Assembly (NCBI GenBank): GCA_041675145.1
Contig: JBAYUK010000002.1
Location: forward strand, 88,530-152,529
Source: Patescibacteria group bacterium
Lineage (GTDB): Bacteria; Patescibacteriota; JACPGU01
Reading direction: 5' to 3'
Length of the DNA stretch: 64,000 nt
Shown here in pieces: positions 18,436 to 25,864 of this stretch. The notes beneath the pieces are model-generated. The model was not told the DNA's origin, ran no database searches, and worked only from the letters and a program-made list of their open reading frames with translations. The first letter of the stretch is position 1. Every line of letters starts with the position of its first letter. Made by a program: the position numbers and the translations under genes.

Positions 18436-18453
18436 GGTGTTTTTTTTGAAAAA

Positions 18454-18527
18454 TCCTCCCGGATGGACTTGAACCATCGACCCCCACCTTATAAGGGTGG
18501 TGCTCTAACCAACTGAGCTACAGGAGG
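18454..18527 (-). tRNA. tRNA-Ile (anticodon UAU).
   Basis: The reverse complement reads CCTCCTGTAGCTCAGTTGGTTAGAGCACCACCCTTATAAGGTGGGGGTCGATGGTTCAAGTCCATCCGGGAGGA. The anticodon stem CCACC/GGTGG and loop CTTATAA give anticodon TAT. The T-loop TTCAAGT and acceptor pairing are intact. Confidence 0.75.
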
Positions 18528-18592
18528 ACAATAAAAGGAAAATAGTAATTTATCCTCCTGTTATGCTAGCAAAAAATGCTATATTTTGCAAT

Positions 18593-18976
18593 TTAGAGAG
18601 CAGAAGTTGTAGATTTGTAGGTAACTGACTTAATCCAGCCTGTTATTTCCTGCACAGAAGCCGTTGTGAGGTCCTTTTGTATGAATGAGAGTACCTCAGG
18701 GTCACTCATAGGGAGTTGGTGGCTGTTAATGGCCAGTAAAACGCCCAGAGACCCTAATGCAGTAGGGAGGTTCTGCTCAGAAAACGGTCGTTTCTTAGCA
18801 ATTGCGAAAAATAATGCCGCTGCTTTGCTGTATAAATCAGGAAACATCTCGGTGTGATGCATATACTGCACGGCCTTTTTTAGGGTCTTAAGATCTGAAA
18901 GGCCATCACGACCACCCACTTCTGAGGTGAGGCGGTTATGAATAAAGAGAATTTCTTGTGCTGATAGGTAATTCAT
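18593..18976 (-). CDS. Doc/Fic-family (death-on-curing-like) protein with a degenerate catalytic motif.
   Basis: 127 aa. 'MNYLSAQEILFIHNRLTSEVGGRDGLSDL…' aligns with phage P1 Doc. The segment 'AIAKKRPFSEQNLPTALGSLGVLLAING' aligns to Doc 'ATARGHIFNDANKRTALNSALLFLRRNG', with H→R, D→E, K→L and R→P substitutions. It lies immediately downstream of an AbrB/MazE-type small gene. Confidence 0.65.
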   Translation of the reverse strand: MNYLSAQEILFIHNRLTSEVGGRDGLSDLKTLKKAVQYMHHTEMFPDLYSKAAALFFAIAKKRPFSEQNLPTALGSLGVLLAINSHQLPMSDPEVLSFIQKDLTTASVQEITGWIKSVTYKSTTSAL

Positions 18977-18981
18977 AGGTA

Positions 18982-19215
18982 TTATTCAGAGAGCTTTTCG
19001 AGCTCTTTTTTATATTTTTTTATAAACGATTCGATGTGTTGCGCAGTTGACTCCTTGAGTTGGAAGTTAACGAGTGGTTCAATAATGATGCGACGGTTCT
19101 TTCCATCTACGTTTACATATACTTTATCTCCGATATCTATAGCGAGACTTGCCAGTACTTTCTTCGGAATAGTGACTGCAGCACTGGATCCGATCTTGAT
19201 AATTTTGTTTGCCAT
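18982..19215 (-). CDS. AbrB/MazE/SpoVT-family antitoxin-like DNA-binding protein (Phd-position partner of the Doc-like gene).
   Basis: 77 aa. 'KIIKIGSSAAVTIPKKVLASLAIDIGDKVYV' is a swapped-hairpin (AbrB/MazE) signature. There is a 5-nt gap to the Doc-like gene on the same strand. Confidence 0.6.
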   Translation of the reverse strand: MANKIIKIGSSAAVTIPKKVLASLAIDIGDKVYVNVDGKNRRIIIEPLVNFQLKESTAQHIESFIKKYKKELEKLSE

Positions 19216-19334
19216 GGGTATTTGTTACTGTATTTGTAGGTATTATAATAAAGTTATAAATACTTGCAATGATTTTTTGGTAAAAAAAGACCCGCTTTGA
19301 CCCGCGGGTGTAGGTATTTGGTTTTGTGGAAAGG

Positions 19335-20072
19335 TTATCTCGCCCAGGCAAATCTGTTCTCCACTTCATGACGGCGATTGTAGCCGTAGAAAGTGTGAGT
19401 AATAATGCCGCGGGCAACAGCGTCTTTATAGACGCCCCAGCAATAGTTAAGTTGCTGGTCCCAGTACTTGAAACTCTTGCCTTTTATGAACTTGTCGTGA
19501 AAGGCAGAGTTGAGTTGGCACAGACCGTGGTCAGTAGTGCCGTTGGTGTTGTGCCCAATGCGAGTCGGACTCCAGCCACTCTCGGCCTCTAGTGTTGTGA
19601 TAAAGGCAACATTGCCACCCGACATGGTCCAGGCATGTTTGATCATGTTGTTCTGTGACCACGCCGCTCCAAGTTTTACGGGGGTGCTCCCGTTATTCTT
19701 CTGTGGAGTGGGCTTGTTTGGCTTCTTGTCTTCTTTTGGTGTAGTTTTCTTCTTTGCACCAGGTTTTTTCTTTCCCTTCTTCTTGTGTTTTTTCACTGGT
19801 GTAGGTTGTGGTGAAGTTTTCCTTTCAGCTTCTTTCTGTTCTTCTGGAGAGACAAGACGGTGAAACCGTGTTGACCCGTCAGAACAGATATAGAAGTCCT
19901 TGATCCAGCCATCAGGCTGGGTCACTCCATATCCACCGGTGACTTTACAAACAGACTCTTTTTTAAGGAGAGCCCGTTGTTTTGCCTGGTCATTCAAGTA
20001 CCAAGGGATGAAGCCTTTTACGGTGAAAAGGAGAAGTCCTGTTGCCAGGACGATTTTGTGCCAGTTTTTCAT
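19335..20072 (-). CDS. Secreted/membrane-anchored lysozyme-like (lytic transglycosylase-type) protein with a highly Lys-rich linker.
   Basis: N-terminal signal/anchor 'IVLATGLLLFTV'. The linker 'KKHKKKGKKKPGAKKKTTPKEDKKPNKPTPQKN' is Lys-rich. The C-terminal domain 'TLEAESGWSPTRIGHNTNGTTDHGLCQLNSAF…YW' carries the E-S…G-(L)-x-Q-(L/I)-N pattern of SLT/lysozyme-like folds. Confidence 0.5.
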   Translation of the reverse strand: MKNWHKIVLATGLLLFTVKGFIPWYLNDQAKQRALLKKESVCKVTGGYGVTQPDGWIKDFYICSDGSTRFHRLVSPEEQKEAERKTSPQPTPVKKHKKKGKKKPGAKKKTTPKEDKKPNKPTPQKNNGSTPVKLGAAWSQNNMIKHAWTMSGGNVAFITTLEAESGWSPTRIGHNTNGTTDHGLCQLNSAFHDKFIKGKSFKYWDQQLNYCWGVYKDAVARGIITHTFYGYNRRHEVENRFAWAR

Positions 20073-20192
20073 GGCTCACCTCGTTTCTTTAAGGGTGGAT
20101 TGTGAAGGTTCAAGGTTCATAAAAAAACCAGGGGAACCTGGTCTATTTATATCACAAATTAATATAAAAGTCAATACTATATAACAAATACA

Positions 20193-21986
20193 CTACTTGA
20201 TACCAAATAATCCACTCTTTATATAGTCTTTAGTACCATCTGGGATATTGACGTTAATAACATACTTAAATGTTTGCCCGGTAACCGTTTTTTCTCCAGT
20301 TGAGCCAGTGACTTTAATGGCCATTACAATACCTGATACTCCGCGTTTGATGATCTCTATTTTTTGGAGCTCTCCAACGCTTGTATCTTCGTCGCTATTT
20401 AAGTAGCGCTGAAGGGTAGTACGGTCGAGCGAGATAGTCTGCCATGAGTTGTACGGAGACTGTTCTCCAGGGCTTTCTACGCCTCGAAGCCATGGTATGG
20501 GCTTTCCTCCCCAGACATTCTCGTTATTCTCGGTCCAGCCACCTGAGCTTGAGAAGTAGTAGGCGGTGATGAGGTCGTTATTATATTTGAGTACTTTGCC
20601 GTTCGTCTCAGCTACTGCCGCATCTGTTGAGGCAAACTCATGAGAAGCTCCCAGGTAAACCTGGCAGGCAGGAGTATCACAAAGGTCGTATTCGCTGTGA
20701 GAACCGCGATTCTTTATGGCATAGTTTCGTGCGGCAACTGCCTGAGCTTTGAGCGCCTCTTTTGTCCATGAAGCGGACATTTCACCAGAGATTACGCTAC
20801 GCAGGTAGTCTTCTAACGGGAGGGTATTAATCGTGGCGTATCCTCCTGGTGATCCAACTATTGAAATATTTCCTCTATAGCTATTGAAGCGGTCGAACTT
20901 ATACGTAATGACCAGCCGAGTATCGGGGCTTAGAGACCGCACTACGAGGCCTGGTTGTGTATCTATAATTGTTCCAGCTGGGACTTCTTCAACTGCCCCG
21001 TTTATGACCTTTTGGGCAGGGCCATTGGTTACAATTACTTTGCCCCCGTTTGCGCTGGCAGATAGTTTTACTTTAATAGCAGTATCTGAAGTGTTGATAG
21101 TATCCAGGTGAGTACCCTGGTAGTAATGAGTGAGTATTTCCTCATAGTCCCGACCAGAATCAGCCATTGCTTTAGCTCCATACTGGCTCATGCCTAAACC
21201 ATGGGGAGTACCGGCTCCGTAGATGATCATGCTTTGTTGCGTGGTAAAGTCTACGCTATCCCAGGTTGTAAATTCGCGTGTACTCTTTGATACACTCGGA
21301 ACATCGAGGTTTATAATCTGCTTTTCTACATCTTTTCCGGTTTTTTCCAGGTCTTTTATTTTGCTTTCTGTTTCAGTTATGGCGCTTTTAAGAGATCCTA
21401 TTTGGTTTTGTAGGATATCTATTTGCGCAGCGAGGATCTCTCTTTGAACCAGAGCTGCTTGCTTTGCTTCTGCAAGTTTACCAGCTTCTTCTTGGATTCC
21501 CTTGATGTGGTCTATGAGCTGGTCTTGGGTCGTTTTGATATATACCTGGCGCTCAACGAGCTCACTTAAACTGCCAGCGGACAAGAGGGCAAAAAACCGT
21601 TTGTTTCCAGACTGTTCTATATAAAGCGCGGCCAGAATTTCTCCTTGCTTCACCTTCTTTGCGTGGATTTCTTCTTCTGCCCCTGCTATTGCATCGAGAA
21701 GCTTAGTCACCTCTATTTTGTTGTTTTCAATCAGGGCTCTGTTCTGGTCTAAGTCGAGAAGTAAGCTACTTGTTTGGTTATGGAAATCCTGAGACTTTCC
21801 CAGTAGATCTGCTTGTTTATTCTTTATTTCATCAAGCGTTTCTAGGAGCTTGCTTTTCTGAGACTGCTCAGCATAAACTGGATTCAGGTTTAAAAAAACA
21901 CAGAGAACCAACCAGAAAACAGGCAGGATCTTTTTTGAAGATAGGGTTGATGTATGTAAGTTTTTCACGCAGAAAATGTATTGCAC
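20193..21986 (-). CDS. SpoIID/LytB-domain protein with an N-terminal signal peptide and a long coiled-coil region (cell-wall remodelling).
   Basis: The C-terminal block 'LEDYLRSVISGEMSASWTKEALKAQAVAARNYAI…DLCDTPACQVY' is the SpoIID/LytB amidase-enhancer signature. The N-terminal 250 aa are heptad-rich (Gln/Glu/Lys/Leu). Confidence 0.7.
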   Translation of the reverse strand: MQYIFCVKNLHTSTLSSKKILPVFWLVLCVFLNLNPVYAEQSQKSKLLETLDEIKNKQADLLGKSQDFHNQTSSLLLDLDQNRALIENNKIEVTKLLDAIAGAEEEIHAKKVKQGEILAALYIEQSGNKRFFALLSAGSLSELVERQVYIKTTQDQLIDHIKGIQEEAGKLAEAKQAALVQREILAAQIDILQNQIGSLKSAITETESKIKDLEKTGKDVEKQIINLDVPSVSKSTREFTTWDSVDFTTQQSMIIYGAGTPHGLGMSQYGAKAMADSGRDYEEILTHYYQGTHLDTINTSDTAIKVKLSASANGGKVIVTNGPAQKVINGAVEEVPAGTIIDTQPGLVVRSLSPDTRLVITYKFDRFNSYRGNISIVGSPGGYATINTLPLEDYLRSVISGEMSASWTKEALKAQAVAARNYAIKNRGSHSEYDLCDTPACQVYLGASHEFASTDAAVAETNGKVLKYNNDLITAYYFSSSGGWTENNENVWGGKPIPWLRGVESPGEQSPYNSWQTISLDRTTLQRYLNSDEDTSVGELQKIEIIKRGVSGIVMAIKVTGSTGEKTVTGQTFKYVINVNIPDGTKDYIKSGLFGIK

Positions 21987-22072
21987 TATTGTAGCACAAA
22001 ATGAGAAGGAGATAGTTTTGACAAAGCCATATTTTTATGATATAATATTCCCAATATGTTTTTATCTCCTAT

Positions 22073-23182
22073 ATGACGGCACGACGCGATATTCCAGTAA
22101 AACAACAACTCATAGAGCTTATCAAAAACAATAACCGGATAGCGGTTATTCCTTCTGGAGTATTTGATCCTGACGTATGGGCTGCAGCACTCTCGTTCAC
22201 AGCTATTCTCGAAACGGCCGGTAAGACAGTTGACTTGGTTTCAGTCTCTCAGGTTCCCGATAACCTTAAAAAGCTATCGAGTTTCGTGAAGAGCATTGTT
22301 CACGACTTACACTACACAGGGGACACTGTTATTCGAATAAATAGCGCAGCGGCTAGTATAGAAAAACTCAGATACGAAAAAAATAACGACGGTGGTATCG
22401 AGCTTATTATTACTCCAAAGCAAGGAGTAATAACCAAAGATGATATTACTATCGAGGCAGGTAGCTTCCCGTACGAGCTCGTAGTTGTTTTTGGTATTGA
22501 TCAGCTAAGCGAGAGTGGCCTTTCTCAGAGTGTATTAGCACACATACAAAAAGTTCCAATTATTAGTATCTCAAGAACAAAAGCCCAGAGAGATTTCGCA
22601 GGTATAGATTTCTTTGATCCACATGCTACAACGGTATCTGAGATGATTCCAGCTCTTGCGGAGTCGTGGGATAAAACGTTACTTAATAGTAACGGGGCAA
22701 ATGCGCTTTACACAGGATTGCTCAATGCGACAGATTTCTTCCAGAATAGCAGAACAACCTCAAAGCTTCTGACAGTAGCAGCACAGTTACTAGCTATCGG
22801 GGCTCGTAAGGGAGTGGTGGAAACTAAAACTACAGTTGAGAAAGTTGATTCTGGTGAAGTAAAAGAGCCAAGGCCTCAACTACATAAGGAAATTAAAAAA
22901 GAAGAAGCAGTTAAGAAAGATAATCCTATAGCGCCCAAAAGCACACAGGCTTTAACAGAAGACGAACTCTACGCCCCTTCTCTTTCTGATATAGAGCAAG
23001 AGAGCCCTACAATTATTGACGAAGCACCAGTACAAAACACAGGTCCTAGTATTTTAGGGACGCTTTTAGCATCAAAATCTAAGAGAGCAGAACCTAAGAT
23101 TGACTTCGCATCACTTGAGCAGTCTGTGTCGGCTCAGGCAAACAAGACACCAGATGTGCTAGGTAGCGAATACGAGGACTAA
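22073..23182 (+). CDS. Hypothetical protein; possible catalytically degenerate DHH-family (NrnA-like) domain with a disordered acidic C-terminal tail.
   Basis: The N-terminus 'RIAVIPSGVFDPDVWAAALSFTAILETAGKTVDLV' resembles NrnA motif I (…HxNPDGDAxGS…), but the Gly-Asp and, later, the DHH histidines are not conserved ('LVVVFGIDQ'). The last 120 aa are low-complexity. Confidence 0.3.
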   Translation: MTARRDIPVKQQLIELIKNNNRIAVIPSGVFDPDVWAAALSFTAILETAGKTVDLVSVSQVPDNLKKLSSFVKSIVHDLHYTGDTVIRINSAAASIEKLRYEKNNDGGIELIITPKQGVITKDDITIEAGSFPYELVVVFGIDQLSESGLSQSVLAHIQKVPIISISRTKAQRDFAGIDFFDPHATTVSEMIPALAESWDKTLLNSNGANALYTGLLNATDFFQNSRTTSKLLTVAAQLLAIGARKGVVETKTTVEKVDSGEVKEPRPQLHKEIKKEEAVKKDNPIAPKSTQALTEDELYAPSLSDIEQESPTIIDEAPVQNTGPSILGTLLASKSKRAEPKIDFASLEQSVSAQANKTPDVLGSEYED

Positions 23183-23203
23183 AAAGCCTGGCTAGAGTAG
23201 GCT

Positions 23204-23232
23204 TTGACTTATACGGTATTTTTTGTTATACT
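23204..23232 (+). promoter_or_regulatory. Sigma-70-like promoter (TTGACT-17 nt-TATACT) upstream of rpsO.
   Basis: Hexamers and 17-nt spacing read directly, ~68 nt upstream of the rpsO ATG. Confidence 0.45.
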
Positions 23233-23299
23233 GTGAGCAATTGAGTGATCGATACTATTCTTTCGTCCTCGCAATACTAGATTAAAAACGATAATTGTT

Positions 23300-23569
23300 A
23301 TGGCATTAACTACTACTGAAAAACAGGAAGTAATCAAAAATATTGGAGCAAAACCAGAGTCTACTGGTTCTACTGATGTGCAGATTGCTCTTTTGACAGC
23401 AAAGATTCATCAATTGAACGACCACTTAAAGAAACACCTCCACGATTTTAGTTCAAAGAGAGGGTTGCTGAAAAATGTCGGACAACGCCGTCGATTACTG
23501 CGCTATTTGAGCAAGCAGGATCCAAAGCAATACGAGCTCGTTTTGAAGAAACTAAACCTACGTAAATAG
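23300..23569 (+). CDS. rpsO: 30S ribosomal protein S15.
   Basis: 89 aa. 'GSTDVQIALLTAKIHQLNDHLKKHLHDFSSKRGLLKNVGQRRRLLRYL' is the canonical S15 sequence. rpsO-pnp synteny is conserved. Confidence 0.92.
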   Translation: MALTTTEKQEVIKNIGAKPESTGSTDVQIALLTAKIHQLNDHLKKHLHDFSSKRGLLKNVGQRRRLLRYLSKQDPKQYELVLKKLNLRK

Positions 23570-23685
23570 GTTATTTGAGGACGGAAATAGAGTTTAGCAA
23601 CACCGAGTGTTTTTAACCTCTCGGTCTGTCCTCAGTTTTTATACATACAATACAGGTACATATTAAAAAAGGAGAAAGGGTACTT
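23570..23685 (+). promoter_or_regulatory. Structured rpsO-pnp intergenic leader (long-range inverted repeat TGAGGAC…GTCCTCA enclosing an internal hairpin, followed by a T-run).
   Basis: The inverted repeat 'tgaggacgg…cggtctgtcctcagttttt' is visible in the sequence. In other bacteria this region carries the rpsO terminator and the RNase III-processed pnp autoregulatory hairpin (established knowledge). Confidence 0.35.
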
Positions 23686-25794
23686 TTGTTACCCGAAGAT
23701 TATATGCGTACTATTCAAAACTTTTCGCACGATTTTGGTGGAAAAAAGCTCTCAGTAGAATTTGGAAAGCTAGCACCACAGGCAGATGCAGCTGTTCGTG
23801 TTCAGTATGGTGAGACTACTATTCTTGCAACTGTAATGGGAGCAAAAGATAAAAGAGATGAGACAATAGACTTCTTACCGCTAACCGTAGACTACGAAGA
23901 GCGTTTCTACGCTGCCGGGAAGATTTCTGGCTCTCGTTTTATTAAGCGTGAAGGTCGTCCATCTGAAGAAGCGACTCTAACCTCTCGTCTTATTGATCGT
24001 CCTATCCGTCCGTTATTTCCTGAAGGATACTTTTGTGATGTTCAGGTCATGATCACCGTTCTTTCGTATGACCACGAGAACTCTCCTCGTATTCCTGCGC
24101 TATTTGGAACATCACTTGCGTTGTCTTTGTCTTCTATTCCATGGAATGGACCGGTAAGTATCGCAGAAGTTGGTCTCATTGATGGATCTCTCGTTTTAAA
24201 TCCGACCGAGGAACAAATGAAGAAGTCTGAAATGGATTTAACCGTAGTTTCTACAAGTGAGCGCGTCATTATGATTGAAGCCGGCGCAAAGCAAGTACCA
24301 CAAGAAAAGGTACTTGAGGCTATTACCTTTGCACATAGTGCAAACCAAGAGATTATTGCTTTTCAACAAAAGATAATTACAGCACACGGTGCTTTAAAGC
24401 GCACGTTTACGAATAGCTTTGACGAAGCGTTATATAACGAAGTAGCTGAGAAATCAAATGCATTCTTTGCATCTCTATCATCTATTACAGAAAAGTTAGA
24501 GCGCAGAGCAAAAACCGATGAGTTTATAGCAGAGCTTACTGCTCACTACAAGGAAGATGCAGTTAAGGCAAAACGAGCACACCAGTACTTTGATCTAGTC
24601 GAGAAGAAGTATGTTCGTTCTCAAATTATACAGAACAGTAAACGAGTAGATGGCCGTGGTATTAACGATGTTCGCCCTATATCTTCTGAGGTAACTATTG
24701 TTCCGCGCGTGCATGGTTCAGCGCTGTTTAATCGTGGCTACACCCAGATCTTTAACGTAACCACACTTGGCGCTCCAGGTCTCAAGCAGATGCTGGACAC
24801 CATGATGGAAAACGATAGTACCAAGCGGTATATGCACCACTACAATTTCCCGCCGTATTCTACTGGTGAGACAAAAGGTTTGCGTTCTCCAGGTCGTCGC
24901 GAAATTGGTCACGGAGCACTTGCTGAAAAGGCACTCGTTCCAGTACTCCCAAGTGAAGAAGAATTTCCATATGCTATCCGTTTAGTTTCAGAGGCAATGT
25001 CATCTGATGGTTCCACTTCAATGGGATCTACGTGTGCTTCAACATTGTCATTAATGGATGCAGGAGTGCCTCTTAAGGCTCCGGTATCTGGTATTGCTAT
25101 GGGGCTTATTGATGAAGGAGACAAGTATGTAGTTCTAACCGACATCGCAGGTCATGAAGATCACCATGGAGATATGGACTTTAAGATTACAGGAACTACG
25201 AATGGTATTACGGCTATCCAGTTGGATGTAAAAAACACTGGTCTTACTATGCCGATGATTAAAGAAACGTTTGAAAAAGGTCTAACAGGACGACTCCATA
25301 TTCTACAAGAAATGCTAAAGACCATCGCAACGCCTCGTGCAGAGCTTTCTCCATATGCGCCTCGTGTTGAAGTAGTGATGATTAACCCAGAAAAGATTCG
25401 CGATGTAATTGGTCCTGGCGGAAAAATGATTAATAAAATCATTGCAGAAACTGGAGCGCAGATTGATATTGAACAAGATGGTCGTGTTATTATTTCATCT
25501 CCAGACAAGACAAGTATTGAAAAGGCAAAAGAGATGATCGCAGGTCTTACTGAAGAGCCAGAAGTTGGAAGAATCTACCCAGCAACAGTGGTAAAAATTA
25601 TGGACTTTGGTGCGTTCGTTGCAATACCATCAGGACAAGAAGGTCTCGTTCATGTTTCAGAGATAGATAGCAAGAGAGTAGAAAAAGTATCTGACTATCT
25701 CCAAGAAGGACAAGCAGTGCGCGTTAAGCTTATGGCAATTGATGATCTCGGTCGCCTTAACTTCTCAATCAAACAAGCAGCAGAAAATAACTAG
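23686..25794 (+). CDS. pnp: Polyribonucleotide nucleotidyltransferase (PNPase).
   Basis: Two RNase PH domains and C-terminal KH plus S1 domains ('GLVHVSEIDSKRVEKVSDYLQEGQAVRVK'). The ORF-track start is a TTG; an alternative ATG (MRTIQNF…) lies 18 nt downstream. Confidence 0.93.
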   Translation: MLPEDYMRTIQNFSHDFGGKKLSVEFGKLAPQADAAVRVQYGETTILATVMGAKDKRDETIDFLPLTVDYEERFYAAGKISGSRFIKREGRPSEEATLTSRLIDRPIRPLFPEGYFCDVQVMITVLSYDHENSPRIPALFGTSLALSLSSIPWNGPVSIAEVGLIDGSLVLNPTEEQMKKSEMDLTVVSTSERVIMIEAGAKQVPQEKVLEAITFAHSANQEIIAFQQKIITAHGALKRTFTNSFDEALYNEVAEKSNAFFASLSSITEKLERRAKTDEFIAELTAHYKEDAVKAKRAHQYFDLVEKKYVRSQIIQNSKRVDGRGINDVRPISSEVTIVPRVHGSALFNRGYTQIFNVTTLGAPGLKQMLDTMMENDSTKRYMHHYNFPPYSTGETKGLRSPGRREIGHGALAEKALVPVLPSEEEFPYAIRLVSEAMSSDGSTSMGSTCASTLSLMDAGVPLKAPVSGIAMGLIDEGDKYVVLTDIAGHEDHHGDMDFKITGTTNGITAIQLDVKNTGLTMPMIKETFEKGLTGRLHILQEMLKTIATPRAELSPYAPRVEVVMINPEKIRDVIGPGGKMINKIIAETGAQIDIEQDGRVIISSPDKTSIEKAKEMIAGLTEEPEVGRIYPATVVKIMDFGAFVAIPSGQEGLVHVSEIDSKRVEKVSDYLQEGQAVRVKLMAIDDLGRLNFSIKQAAENN

Positions 25795-25864
25795 TACAAT
25801 ATTAAGATTAAATTTAAGAACATACGATCGTAATTAATTTTCGATCCTGTGTTTATATAGTTCT

